This document shows positions 10,124 to 19,699 of a stretch of 63,326 nucleotides of DNA, piece after piece; position 1 is the first letter of the stretch, and each line of letters starts with the position of its first letter. Made by a program: the position numbers and the translations under genes. The notes under the pieces were generated by a model, which was given only the letters and a program-made list of their open reading frames with translations, did no database searches and had not been told where the DNA came from. Source of the stretch: Candidatus Woesearchaeota archaeon (GTDB taxonomy: Archaea > Nanobdellota > Nanobdellia > Woesearchaeales > CAIVOO01); contig JAWAEZ010000001.1 in the NCBI GenBank assembly GCA_038890975.1, positions 1,819 to 65,144 on the forward strand. The letters are read 5' to 3'.

Positions 10124-11644
10124 TCAAACCAATCTTACTCCTAAGTATTCTTGTTGGTATGATTTTATTGGTCTGTTAATTTCTTTATCAGCACCAAAAA
10201 GCGGGATCTTTATAGGAACAGCAAATTTAAGAAAATTTGAAGTTACTATCGCCTCTCCTCTATCAAGAGAAGCTATTGCTCTATCATCTTTACTTAAATC
10301 TTGAGCAGCGGAATCTATTATCGCTTGCCTTTCAGGAGCCATTTCTATTCCTAGTATTACTTTTGTATTCATATTAGTTAGTATTTCTCTTGGGATTAAA
10401 GAAGGAAGCTGAGTAATGGCTGTTAAACCAATTTTAAATTTCCTGCCTTCCCTAGCAATTCTTTCAAATATATTTGACCCTTTCTCTAAAACATTTTTTC
10501 CTAATACTCTTGGTGCTTCTTCAATAACTATCGAAACCACAGGTTTATTTTTCAATACTCCTGATTGGTTGTAATATCTATACCTATTAAAAATTTCACA
10601 TGCAAGAAGAGAACCGAGAAGAATCTCCGCGTTTTCTTGAAGAGAGGAGGTATCTATAATAACCACTTTTGCATTTTCTAAGTCATTTGCTATGTCTTTT
10701 ATTATAGTTTGACCTGTAAATACATCAAATATCCCTGAACTAAAGAAACCTTCTTCTGTTTTTTTTAACTCTAAAATTGATTGTATTTTTCTTTTCAAAA
10801 CATTTAGTGTAGAATCTTGAAACCCCTCTACATGGCTACCTGATAAAACTGCTGTAACCCAATCTTCTTTGTATAGTTTATAATAAGAATAAAGAGCTTC
10901 TTCTTGTGCTTCTGACAAAGACAAAACTCCTTTAAAATGCAAAGGCTTAATTGCCTTAACATTTATTTTTAATGTTCTCCCGCCTGGTGGAGGGTTTCTT
11001 GAATAAAAAACAACTTTATCTTTTCTTGGGTGATCTTTAAGTCCTATTGTATTCCTCCCGAAATATTCGTCATGAGGGTCCAAAACGAGAATGCCTGCAT
11101 AATTCCTATTTAAAATATGCCAAAGCATATTTTTTACAAAGTTACTTTTCCCTCTTCCTGTTGTAGCCGCTATTAAGATATGGTGTTGGAGTACTTTTAT
11201 ACCATCCACTTCAACAGGCAGGTCTATTGCATGCGAGCCAGATCTTAATTTGCCTAAAAATAGCGGATTTTCGGGGTCTGTAAAAAAAGTTATATCTTCT
11301 TTATTAATAGCATTAACATTTGAAAAAAATTCTGGAAGGTTTTTTGAAACAAACGATTCATTATTCTTTATATTAACTAAGTTTTTCGCTTTTACAAGAA
11401 TATAATTTCTTACTTGAGGGTTCATGAACTCCATATCAGTATTCTCTTCAAGAACCATCCCGGATATTAATTCGAGATTTTGTTGTGATATCTGACTTCC
11501 GTAAGATATATCATATACTTGTAAAATGATTTTAGAGCCGTTGCTTTCTGAAACAAGGAGTTCCCCTATTTCTATGCTCTCGCCTGCTTTTTGCCTTATT
11601 ATAAGCTCCCCGAATTTTCCGCCAACTATTTGACCTTTAGGCAT
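10124..11644 (-). CDS. HerA-like (DUF87) hexameric ATPase
   Basis: Walker [11 protein letters not shown], Walker B-like [12 protein letters not shown]-terminal barrel-like segment, C-terminal LTAITQLP. Confidence 0.75.
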   Translation of the reverse strand: MPKGQIVGGKFGELIIRQKAGESIEIGELLVSESNGSKIILQVYDISYGSQISQQNLELISGMVLEENTDMEFMNPQVRNYILVKAKNLVNIKNNESFVSKNLPEFFSNVNAINKEDITFFTDPENPLFLGKLRSGSHAIDLPVEVDGIKVLQHHILIAATTGRGKSNFVKNMLWHILNRNYAGILVLDPHDEYFGRNTIGLKDHPRKDKVVFYSRNPPPGGRTLKINVKAIKPLHFKGVLSLSEAQEEALYSYYKLYKEDWVTAVLSGSHVEGFQDSTLNVLKRKIQSILELKKTEEGFFSSGIFDVFTGQTIIKDIANDLENAKVVIIDTSSLQENAEILLGSLLACEIFNRYRYYNQSGVLKNKPVVSIVIEEAPRVLGKNVLEKGSNIFERIAREGRKFKIGLTAITQLPSLIPREILTNMNTKVILGIEMAPERQAIIDSAAQDLSKDDRAIASLDRGEAIVTSNFLKFAVPIKIPLFGADKEINRPIKSYQQEYLGVRLV

Positions 11645-11797
11645 CTTATTTTTTTATGATAAATATTTTATAAATATTACTGTTTTCTCTTTAACTATTT
11701 GAAATGTATAATTATAAATTTATAAAAGCGTTTAGTTATAATAAAGTGTTATTAAATGATTATACTAAAAGATTTAAAATAAAATTTTAATTAGAAA

Positions 11798-12787
11798 ATG
11801 GAATATAAGATAAAACAACTCCCAGAGGACTTTATTGTAAAGGAGATAATCCTATTAGAATGTGCCGAGGGGGGAATATTTTCTTATTATAATATGACAA
11901 AAAAGAACCTTACCACCTCCCAAGCTGTTGATATAATCTCAAAAAGGACAGGGATTAATAAAAAATTTATAAACTATGCTGGAACAAAAGATAAAAGAGC
12001 AATAACAGAACAAAAGATATCAATAAAAAACGGCCCTGAAAAAAATTTTGATTTTGGTGATTTAAAATTAGAATTTATTTGCAAAGGAAAGGAAAGAATA
12101 AATTTAGGCAACAATATTGGAAATTTTTTTGAAATTGTCATACGTAAAGTTATAAAAAAACCAAAAAAAATAAAATATTTTGTTAATTATTTTGACGACC
12201 AAAGGTTTTCTGATAATAATGTTTTGATGGGAAAATTGTTAATTAAAAAAAATTTCAAAAAAGCAGTAGAAATTTGTGCGGAAGATAAAAAATACGGGAG
12301 AATCATTAAAGAACACATTAAAAAAAATAAAAATGATTATATTGGTGCTTTAAGAAAGATTGACAGAAAAATTCTGAAGATGTTTATTCATGCATATCAG
12401 TCATATTTGTGGAATATTTGCGTATCTAAAAAATTAGAAGAATACAGCTACAAAAAAATAAAATGTTCTACATACCTATTAAATGTTCCATCAAAAAAAA
12501 TAAAAAACTTTTATTATCCCATAGTGGGTTTCGGAACAGAAGAAGACGATATAATCAAAGGAATGCTTAAAAAAGAAGGTATAGACAAAAAAAATTTTGT
12601 GATAAGAGAAATTCCTGAATTATCATGTGAAGGTTCTGAAAGAAATGTTTTTTCTAAGGTCAAAAATCTTTTTATTTCAGAGGTTGAAGAAGATGAGATT
12701 AATAAAGGAAATAAAAAAATTAAAATATCTTTTGAGCTGGAGAAGGGAAGTTATGCAACCATGGCAATAAAACAAATGTTTATTTAA
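11798..12787 (+). CDS. truD: tRNA pseudouridine synthase TruD/Pus7 family
   Basis: QLPEDFIVKEI, catalytic-Asp motif AGTKDKRAITEQ, and NYFDDQRF. Confidence 0.8.
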   Translation: MEYKIKQLPEDFIVKEIILLECAEGGIFSYYNMTKKNLTTSQAVDIISKRTGINKKFINYAGTKDKRAITEQKISIKNGPEKNFDFGDLKLEFICKGKERINLGNNIGNFFEIVIRKVIKKPKKIKYFVNYFDDQRFSDNNVLMGKLLIKKNFKKAVEICAEDKKYGRIIKEHIKKNKNDYIGALRKIDRKILKMFIHAYQSYLWNICVSKKLEEYSYKKIKCSTYLLNVPSKKIKNFYYPIVGFGTEEDDIIKGMLKKEGIDKKNFVIREIPELSCEGSERNVFSKVKNLFISEVEEDEINKGNKKIKISFELEKGSYATMAIKQMFI

Positions 12788-13403
12788 GAGAGTTGATTAT
12801 AACTTTAAATAATTCTTTTATGGGCTGATTGCCATTAACTTTGATAAGAATTTTTTTCTTTTTATAAAAATCAATTAGAGGTTTTGCTGTTTTTCTATAT
12901 AACTTTAACCGATTCTTTATTATTGCCGGCTTGTCGTCGTTTCTTATGTAAATTTTTCTCCCACAAATATCGCATATTTCATCTTTTTTCGGAGGGTTAG
13001 TAATCATATTATACACCCTACCACAATAACATTCTCTTCTTGCAGATAATCTTTTAATAATTATTGAATCAGAAAGATCTATATATATTACTTTATCTAT
13101 CTCAAATTTTTTATCAAGCATCTTCGCCTGCTGAACATTTCTTGGGAATCCATCTAAAATAAAACCTTTTTTACAATCATTCCTCCTAATTCTCTTAAAA
13201 GTTATATCTGCTGCGATTGTATCGGGTATAAAAAACCCTTTATCTATTCGCTTTTTTATCAACTTTGCAATAAGTGTGTTTTCTCTTTCTAGTTTTCTAA
13301 GAATCTCACCTGTTGATATATGGGGGATTCTTAACTTTTTAGAAATCAACCCTGCTTGCGTACCTTTACCGCTACCTGGTTTCCCAAGAATTACTAACTT
13401 CAT
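12780..13403 (-). CDS. adk: adenylate kinase with a zinc-lid (track ORF extends to 13436; MKLVILG start preferred)
   Basis: P-loop ILGKPGSGKGTQA. Lid has CYCG...CDICG. DGFPR motif present. Confidence 0.85.
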   Translation of the reverse strand: MKLVILGKPGSGKGTQAGLISKKLRIPHISTGEILRKLERENTLIAKLIKKRIDKGFFIPDTIAADITFKRIRRNDCKKGFILDGFPRNVQQAKMLDKKFEIDKVIYIDLSDSIIIKRLSARRECYCGRVYNMITNPPKKDEICDICGRKIYIRNDDKPAIIKNRLKLYRKTAKPLIDFYKKKKILIKVNGNQPIKELFKVIINSLK

Positions 13404-13469
13404 ATATAAAAATATTTTAAAGACATTTTTAAACATTACTTTTTCTTTTAGAATATATTAAAAAATTAA

Positions 13470-13557
13470 AGCCCCCGGCGAGATTTGCACTCGCGACCTG
13501 CTGATTACAAGTTTCGGCTAGTTATAACAGCCGCTATGGCTACTAAGCTACGGGGGC
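13470..13557 (-). tRNA. tRNA-Thr(UGU) with a 15-nt non-canonical intron in the anticodon stem (30/31)
   Basis: Reverse complement reads GCCCCCG-TA-GCTT-AGTAGCCA-TAGC-G-GCTG[TTATAACTAGCCGAA]A-CTTGTAA-TCAGC-AGGTC-GCGAG-TGCAAAT-CTCGC-CGGGGGC-T. Removing 13513-13527 restores the GCUGA/UCAGC stem. Anticodon at 13507-13509. TATA-like tgtataaaatt lies ~24-34 nt upstream. Confidence 0.7.
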
Positions 13558-13652
13558 TCAACGATTAATATTGAGTTTAATTTTATACAATTAGTGTTTT
13601 TTCAAAAAAAAAGAAAAAACTATATAAAATTTACTACACAAAGATACTTGTA

Positions 13653-14231
13653 TTAGCCAAGACCCCTTAAAGGGTGAAGAAGTTCTGACTTTGGTAAAAA
13701 ACCTTTAAGTTCTAAAAATTGTTTTATGTCGTGTTGTAAAGAAAACATCTCTGATTCTAAATCTTTTTTATGCTGCTCTATTTCCTTTCTATAAATTTTT
13801 TTCCTAAACATATTCGCAATGCCTCTTAAAAGCGACTCTTTTAATTGGAATTCTGCCTCTGTTTCAAGATAACAGTTTATAAGAATCTCAACTTCTCCTT
13901 TATTTACTTTTATTTTCATTCCTTTGTGCATTATCTCTACATCCTTCATTCCTAAAACATGATAATCAATATTCAACACATATTTGAAATATTTACTTCC
14001 GTGAGGTATTTTAGAAGTTCGCCACCATATCCATAATTCTTTCGCACCTCCAGAATGCTTTTCTAAATAGAACTTCTCCATTTTTTCATCTTTTTTATTA
14101 GAAGCGTATTCATTTGCTATTAACCATTCCCTAATCATCTTGTATAAACTTTGCAAACTAAAAACATCTTCATATTTTATGCTCAGAGAGTCGCTAACCC
14201 TGGACCCGCTAATAGGAATTTTTTCTCCCAT
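13653..14231 (-). CDS. hypothetical protein, 192 aa
   Basis: ORF track. No motif recognised. Confidence 0.5.
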   Translation of the reverse strand: MGEKIPISGSRVSDSLSIKYEDVFSLQSLYKMIREWLIANEYASNKKDEKMEKFYLEKHSGGAKELWIWWRTSKIPHGSKYFKYVLNIDYHVLGMKDVEIMHKGMKIKVNKGEVEILINCYLETEAEFQLKESLLRGIANMFRKKIYRKEIEQHKKDLESEMFSLQHDIKQFLELKGFLPKSELLHPLRGLG

Positions 14232-14251
14232 CTTTCGCCTTTATTATTATC

Positions 14252-14938
14252 TCAAATTTTTTTGTTTATAAACCTTTTTATTCCAAAAAAAATCCACACC
14301 ATTACTTTAATATAATTTTTAATAGTCAGCGGTCTTGAAACTAATTTTAATCTATTATTTTTAATTGCTCTTATCAAAGAAGAAATGTTCTTTTTTGAGT
14401 CTATAAGAGTATAAGTAAAATTAATTCTCCAAAGATGATGAGCATCAGAAGTGCCAATGACTGGTTTATTATTCTCTTTTGCGAAGCGTAAAGCTTTCTT
14501 GTTTGGGGCGTTTAAATTTTTAACATAGAAGTGTGAATATTCTATAGCATCAAAGAGAAAGAGATATTTCTTTAATTTTTTTCCTAAACTATTAAATAAG
14601 TAAAAAGGGTGTGGAGCAATAATCAGCACATTTTTTCTCTTTTTTAGTTTTTTTAAATCCGAAAAAGTTTTTATTTTTTTAATATCTTTATTGGTTATAT
14701 TATAAATGAGCACATCACTGCCATCAATTCTAAGTTCTGCTCCTGGCAAGAGCAAGATGTTGTTTTTTTCTGCAATTTTTCTTAGATTTTTGTTATAAGT
14801 AACTTTATTGTGATTAGTTATCGCTAAAACATCAAAACCTAATTGTGAAGCATATTCTATAAGTTTTATTGCATTATACTTTATTTCTGGGTGATAACTA
14901 TCTTCGGAAGTGTGTATGTGAAGATCCGCTTTGAGCAT
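14252..14938 (-). CDS. PHP-domain metal-dependent phosphoesterase
   Basis: ADLHIHTSEDSYH, LAITNHN, IIAPHP, GTSDAHH (PHP histidine/aspartate motifs). Confidence 0.7.
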   Translation of the reverse strand: MLKADLHIHTSEDSYHPEIKYNAIKLIEYASQLGFDVLAITNHNKVTYNKNLRKIAEKNNILLLPGAELRIDGSDVLIYNITNKDIKKIKTFSDLKKLKKRKNVLIIAPHPFYLFNSLGKKLKKYLFLFDAIEYSHFYVKNLNAPNKKALRFAKENNKPVIGTSDAHHLWRINFTYTLIDSKKNISSLIRAIKNNRLKLVSRPLTIKNYIKVMVWIFFGIKRFINKKI

Positions 14939-14989
14939 TATTTTAAAAAATACAATAATTATTTAAATAATTATCTTAATCAAAAAGAT

Positions 14990-16183
14990 ATGATAATCGG
15001 AATCGTTGGCAAACCTAATTGTGGTAAATCAACATTTTTCAAAGCTTTAACACTCGCCGATGTTCTTATAGCAAATTACCCTTTTGCAACAATCAAACCA
15101 AACAAAGGTTTCGGGTATGTTAAAGTTGAATGTGCTGACAAATTTTTCAATACGCAATGCAACCCGCGTTTTGGGTTTTGCATAAATCACAAAAGATTCG
15201 TTCCTGTGGAGGTTATAGATGTTGCGGGGCTTGTTCCAGGAGCGCACGAAGGGAAAGGAATGGGTAACCAGTTTCTTGACGATATAAGACAAGCAAACAT
15301 ATTAATACATGTTATTGACTGTTCAGGAGGCACTAACGAAAAAGGAGAACCTGTTAATCCGGGGGATTACGACCCAAAAAATGACATACGTTTTCTTGAA
15401 TTCGAGCTTGATATGTGGTATTTTCAGATTATAAAAAGAGGGTGGGAGAAATTTGCAAGAACAGTTCAGCAAGAACATAAAGATATTAAAAAAGCCATAG
15501 CAAAACAATTTTCTGCGTTTAATGTAACTGAAGAATTAGCAGAAGAGGTTATTAAAAATGCAGGAGTTGATGTTAAAACTCCTTCTTCTTGGACAGATGA
15601 AGAATTAAGAAAGATCGCCACAGATTTAAGAAAAGAAACTAAAAAAGTGATAATCGCTGCTAACAAAATAGACATTGAAGTTGCCCAAAAAAATCTTGAA
15701 AGGATAAAAAAAGAATTTCCTGAATATAAAATAATAGGTTGTTCTGCAGAATCCGAATTAGCTCTAAGAGAAGCAGCAAAACATAACTTAATAAAGTATA
15801 TCCCTGGGGAAAGCAATTTTGAAATTATAGGTGAATTAAACGAAAAACAGAAATTGGCGTTAGATTTTATAAAAAGAAATGTACTTGAAAAATTTGGCTC
15901 AACAGGAGTTCAGGAGATAATAGATTGTGCAGTTTTTGAAATATTAAATTACATCGCGGTTTTCCCAGGAGGAGTTAATAATTTAAAGGACTCTGAAGGA
16001 AGAGTTCTTCCTGACTGTTTCTTACTCCCACAAAATTCTACCGCTCTTGATTTTGCTTATAAGATACACACAGATCTCGGGAATAATTTTATAAGGGCTA
16101 TTGATGTTAAGACAAGAAGGGTTATAGGAAAAGAGCACCTATTAAAAAACGGAGATGTTATTGAGATTATAAGTAGCAAATAA
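14990..16183 (+). CDS. Obg-like (YchF/Ygr210-type) GTPase with a C-terminal TGS-like domain
   Basis: G1 GKPNCGKST, G3 DVAGLV, G4 ANKID, C-terminal GDVIEI. The track ORF start at 14891 overlaps the divergent PHP gene, so the internal ATG at 14990 is preferred. Confidence 0.8.
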   Translation: MIIGIVGKPNCGKSTFFKALTLADVLIANYPFATIKPNKGFGYVKVECADKFFNTQCNPRFGFCINHKRFVPVEVIDVAGLVPGAHEGKGMGNQFLDDIRQANILIHVIDCSGGTNEKGEPVNPGDYDPKNDIRFLEFELDMWYFQIIKRGWEKFARTVQQEHKDIKKAIAKQFSAFNVTEELAEEVIKNAGVDVKTPSSWTDEELRKIATDLRKETKKVIIAANKIDIEVAQKNLERIKKEFPEYKIIGCSAESELALREAAKHNLIKYIPGESNFEIIGELNEKQKLALDFIKRNVLEKFGSTGVQEIIDCAVFEILNYIAVFPGGVNNLKDSEGRVLPDCFLLPQNSTALDFAYKIHTDLGNNFIRAIDVKTRRVIGKEHLLKNGDVIEIISSK

Positions 16184-16211
16184 AACCTTACAAATCGGTT
16201 TTTTAATCTTA

Positions 16212-16622
16212 TTATTTTTTCCTTTTATTTTTTTTCTTTTTTGATTGTTTTCTAATATGATTAAATGTTGTTGGGAGATCAATAATATATTTTCCCTCGC
16301 CTACTTTGTAGATTAGAGGATCCTTCTTAAACAAATGAACAAGGTCCAGTTCAAACTTACCCGGCTTTAAAATTCTTATAGATTCAAAATCAAGAATTAT
16401 GGGCTGTTCTTCCTTTGCTCTTTCTTCTCCTACAAGGTCAAGAACATCTCTCTCTATTGTTTCTTTTTCACGAACAGTGAGTTTTGTTGTTACCTCTTCT
16501 GCTTTTTTAAGTGCTTCTTTTCTTATATAAAAGAACAATTTCGCCCCGCAGGGACAACCTTTTAATATTTCGTAAGAACCATCGTCATAAATTTTTCCGC
16601 ATCTTACGCATTGGTGTGGCAT
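16212..16622 (-). CDS. Zn-ribbon protein (DUF2072-like, from memory), Lys-rich tail
   Basis: N-terminus MPHQCVRCGKIYDDGS...GCPCGAKLF (CxxC...CxC). Last gene of a three-gene GTPase cluster. Confidence 0.6.
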   Translation of the reverse strand: MPHQCVRCGKIYDDGSYEILKGCPCGAKLFFYIRKEALKKAEEVTTKLTVREKETIERDVLDLVGEERAKEEQPIILDFESIRILKPGKFELDLVHLFKKDPLIYKVGEGKYIIDLPTTFNHIRKQSKKKKNKRKK

Positions 16623-16623
16623 C

Positions 16624-17019
16624 TTATTTTTTCTTTTTTCTCTTTACATTTAACTCTTTTGTCAATAGCTGTATCTTTGTAGGATCCTTTTTTATTGCTT
16701 TAACAATAGAAGCGGGGCCTAATATCGTTAAACCTAATCGATTCCCCGCAATCATATCTATAAGATTTACCTTAAATGTTTTAAATAAGTTCTTTTCTTC
16801 TTTTTTAATAGGATAAATAACCGCTAATTCTATTCCCTTGAACTCGTCATTTATTTCTTCCATAGTAGTTTTTATTAACTCTGCTTCCTCTTCTTTTTTT
16901 AGCCTACCTTCAAGAAGCACAATTTTATTCTCCTTAGCAATCTTCAAAAGTTTCTTAATTCTGCCGATAGAACTTAAATTTTCAATTTCGTGATAAGGTA
17001 CAAATTCAAGTGTTAGCAT
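16624..17019 (-). CDS. small conserved archaeal protein (DUF2073-like, from memory)
   Basis: 131 aa. Lies between the GTPase and the Zn-ribbon gene, with a 1-nt gap to the latter. Confidence 0.5.
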   Translation of the reverse strand: MLTLEFVPYHEIENLSSIGRIKKLLKIAKENKIVLLEGRLKKEEEAELIKTTMEEINDEFKGIELAVIYPIKKEEKNLFKTFKVNLIDMIAGNRLGLTILGPASIVKAIKKDPTKIQLLTKELNVKRKKKK

Positions 17020-17068
17020 TTTAACCTCTTTTTTTATTTTTGTTTATTTTTATCGAATTTATTATTCA

Positions 17069-17698
17069 TTAAACTATTGCAAATAGTGCTTCATAAAACT
17101 CGTCCATATTTGTCCCGTATCTTGCGGATATTCCGACAACAGGATATTGCGGGTAAGCCGCCTGTATTTTTTTAACTTTCGCTTTTTTTAGATCTATTTT
17201 GTTCGCTACAATAAGTACGGGAATTTTTCTAGCAGCGAGATTACCGATAATTGTTATATTAACCTGTGAAAAAGGGTCTTTTGTTGCGTCTAATACGACT
17301 ATGACAATATCCATGTGGTCAAGCCATTTTATTGCTTCTATAACGCCCTTTGTTGCTTCCTTCGCTCTTTTCTTTGATTCTTTTTCGCTTAGACCTTTCT
17401 TCATAAAATCCTCGTAATCAATTCGTGTCGCTATCCCCGGAGTATCCACTAAACTAAATGTTAACTCTTTTTTACCCGATTTTACTGTTATATCTTCTTT
17501 AATTTTTATTTCTCTAGTTTCGTGGGCGATTGGGGAAACAGTCCCTAACTCCTCCCCGAGCCAGTCCTTTGTTATTCTATTGGCTAGTGTTGTTTTTCCG
17601 CCATTTGGAGGGCCATAAAGACCTATTTTAAGTTTCTTTTTGCCTTTAAATAAGCTACTAAATACTCTTGATATGAAAGAAGATATAAAATTAATCAT
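17069..17698 (-). CDS. small Era/EngB-like GTP-binding protein
   Basis: G1 GPPNGGKTT, G3 DTPG, G4 NKID, G5-like ISA. Confidence 0.75.
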   Translation of the reverse strand: MINFISSFISRVFSSLFKGKKKLKIGLYGPPNGGKTTLANRITKDWLGEELGTVSPIAHETREIKIKEDITVKSGKKELTFSLVDTPGIATRIDYEDFMKKGLSEKESKKRAKEATKGVIEAIKWLDHMDIVIVVLDATKDPFSQVNITIIGNLAARKIPVLIVANKIDLKKAKVKKIQAAYPQYPVVGISARYGTNMDEFYEALFAIV

Positions 17699-18046
17699 AA
17701 CTCGTAAGGCATAAAAGTTCTATATAAACTTTTTGTTTTAGATTTGTATTTAAAAATTAATTTTATAATTTAAATAAGATAACAAAAATAAATTGTATTG
17801 ATAGTAACTATGACATTTTATAGTTTTTTATGTTTTTTAAAAGGGTGTAAAAATGAATAAAAATTTATTAAAAAGATGTAAAAATTTGTTTATAGACAGG
17901 AATTCAATAGCGCTGCTGTTTTTTATGCGTGTTCTAAATCGGAGTAATTATGTTATTGATTAAATATTTTTTTATAATTTAATTATTAATAAAAAAGAGG
18001 TTATAAACAAAAATTTATAAACAAATGAAAAATAAAAAAAATATAT

Positions 18047-18598
18047 ATGAATGAAGCTGTTAAAAAAGATATCATCTCACTCTTTGACTCTGTAATTGAT
18101 ATTTTAGAAAGTGAAGAGGAAAAAGACCTCCTTGAACTTTCGGAACTCAGCGATCATGTGATACATAATGCGAGCATATTCCAAGATGAATATTCTGTGT
18201 CTGCCGCGCTAATGGTTTATTCCATTTATAAAACATTCTCAAGAGGTAGGAAAGAAGAAGTATATAAAAGAATAATGCCCATACTAAAACAGGCAAGAAA
18301 AATGCTGATTAAAGACGATATTAAAAACTTCAAAAAAAAATTAAAGAATATATTTAAAATAATAAGAGAAATAGACGAAAAGGTTAGTATTTATGTTGAT
18401 GAACTTTTAGATAAAGCGAAGTTAAAAAAAGGAGCAAAAATTTACGAGCATGGAATATCTGTAGCGAGAGTTTCAGAAATAGTAGGGATATCTTTGTGGG
18501 AGCTTTCTTCTTATGTTGGTAAAACAATATTGCCTGAACACAAAGAAGCGGTAAGTTTAGAAAAACGTCTACAAATAGCGAGAAGTTTATTCAACTAA
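18047..18598 (+). CDS. hypothetical protein with a possible C-terminal helix-turn-helix
   Basis: GISVARVSEIVGISLWELSSYV resembles an HTH. A 2-nt gap separates it from the next gene. Confidence 0.5.
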   Translation: MNEAVKKDIISLFDSVIDILESEEEKDLLELSELSDHVIHNASIFQDEYSVSAALMVYSIYKTFSRGRKEEVYKRIMPILKQARKMLIKDDIKNFKKKLKNIFKIIREIDEKVSIYVDELLDKAKLKKGAKIYEHGISVARVSEIVGISLWELSSYVGKTILPEHKEAVSLEKRLQIARSLFN

Positions 18599-18600
18599 AA

Positions 18601-19296
18601 ATGAAATCAATATTTTTTGATGCTGGCCCAATAATAAGTTTATCAACCAATAATCTTTTATGGATCCTTGAAGATTTAAAAAATATTTACAAAGGAAAAT
18701 TTTACTTTTCTGGCTCTGTAAAAAATGAACTTATAGATGTTCCCTACAAAATAAAAAAATTCAAATTTGAAGCCATACAAATAATGAAAGCGGTTGAAAG
18801 AGGAATTTTTGAAGTGATTCCGCAAGAAAAAACTTCTCAGCTTGCTGAACAATTATTAGAAATCGCTAATGGGGTTTATTCTGTCCAAGGAACAAAAATA
18901 AAAATCGTTCATAAAGGAGAGATTGATACAATAGCAGGGGCAAAACTAATGGGCTCGGAAGCAGTAGTTATTGACGAAAGAACTACACGAATGCTTATAG
19001 AAAATCCTTACGAATTAAAAAATTTATTAGGAAGCAAACTCCACAAAAAAATAAGGGTAGACGAAGAGAATCTTAAAAAACTTAGAGACGCTGTTGAAGG
19101 AATAAAAATTATACGCTCCGCAGAGCTTGTAGTTGTTGCTTACGAAAAAGGTCTCATCGAACAATATCTGCCTCGTGTCCCAGAAGCTAAAAAAGAACTT
19201 CTTGATGGTATTTTGTGGGGGGTAAAACTTAACGGCTGTGCTTTATCAAGAGAAGAAATAGACAAGATAATAGAAATAGAGTTAAGAAAAAGATAA
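18601..19296 (+). CDS. PIN-like domain protein (by-eye assignment)
   Basis: N-terminal IFFDAGPIISL, then NEL, GEIDTIA and VVIDERT, i.e. spaced acidic residues as in PIN nucleases. Confidence 0.45.
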   Translation: MKSIFFDAGPIISLSTNNLLWILEDLKNIYKGKFYFSGSVKNELIDVPYKIKKFKFEAIQIMKAVERGIFEVIPQEKTSQLAEQLLEIANGVYSVQGTKIKIVHKGEIDTIAGAKLMGSEAVVIDERTTRMLIENPYELKNLLGSKLHKKIRVDEENLKKLRDAVEGIKIIRSAELVVVAYEKGLIEQYLPRVPEAKKELLDGILWGVKLNGCALSREEIDKIIEIELRKR

Positions 19297-19377
19297 AAAT
19301 AAAAAAGTATTTAAATATGTATAACCTCATCAAACTAAATTTATCGAATAAAATTCAAAAAAAAGGAGGTTTTTAAT

Positions 19378-19620
19378 ATGGCTGAAAAAGTAGCAAAAGT
19401 AGGAGTAAAAAAAGAAGATGGGTATCTATACTTCGTAGATAAAAACGGAGACATATCAAGAGCAAAAATGGCCAGAGCAGGTAAGAAAGGAGGAAAAGTT
19501 GAAAAAGTAGCAAAAGTAGGAGTAAAAAAAGCAGCAGGATATTTATACTTCGTAGATAAAAACGGAGACATATCAAGAGCAAAAATGGTAAGAGGGAGGA
19601 AGAAAAAGAAGAAGAAATAA
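19378..19620 (+). CDS. small highly basic protein made of two 39-aa tandem repeats, poly-Lys tail
   Basis: Strong SD aaaGGAGGtttttaatATG. Sequence is (EKVAKVGVKK..GYLYFVDKNGDISRAKM) x2, ending in KKKKKK. Confidence 0.7.
   Translation: MAEKVAKVGVKKEDGYLYFVDKNGDISRAKMARAGKKGGKVEKVAKVGVKKAAGYLYFVDKNGDISRAKMVRGRKKKKKK
19384..19617 (+). repeat. 117-bp direct tandem duplication (2 copies) inside the small basic ORF
   Basis: gaaaaagtagcaaaagtaggagtaaaaaaag... begins at both 19384 and 19501. The copies are in frame and differ at a few positions. Confidence 0.85.
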
Positions 19621-19699
19621 GTTCTTCCCTTTGTTTTTTTTCTTTTAAAATTTACAAATAAAAATATTTATAATATCTGGTTTTTATTTTTTTATCTAA

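Noticed and set aside
14891-14989. N-terminal extension of the Obg-like GTPase ORF
   Set aside because: It overlaps the start of the divergent PHP gene. The G1 motif follows immediately after the internal ATG at 14990.
17699-18046. 350-nt very AT-rich intergenic region, considered as a replication origin; it also holds a 36-codon ORF at 17853-17963
   Set aside because: I could find no ORB-like inverted repeats and no adjacent orc1/cdc6. Only short tgtaaaaat duplicates are present. The short ORF has no support beyond a weak SD-like AAGGGTG.
19341-19582. Two minus-strand ORFs (76 and 69 aa) with internal repeats
   Set aside because: They mirror the 117-bp duplication in the plus-strand gene. 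Only the plus-strand frame has a GGAGG ribosome-binding site and a plausible protein composition.
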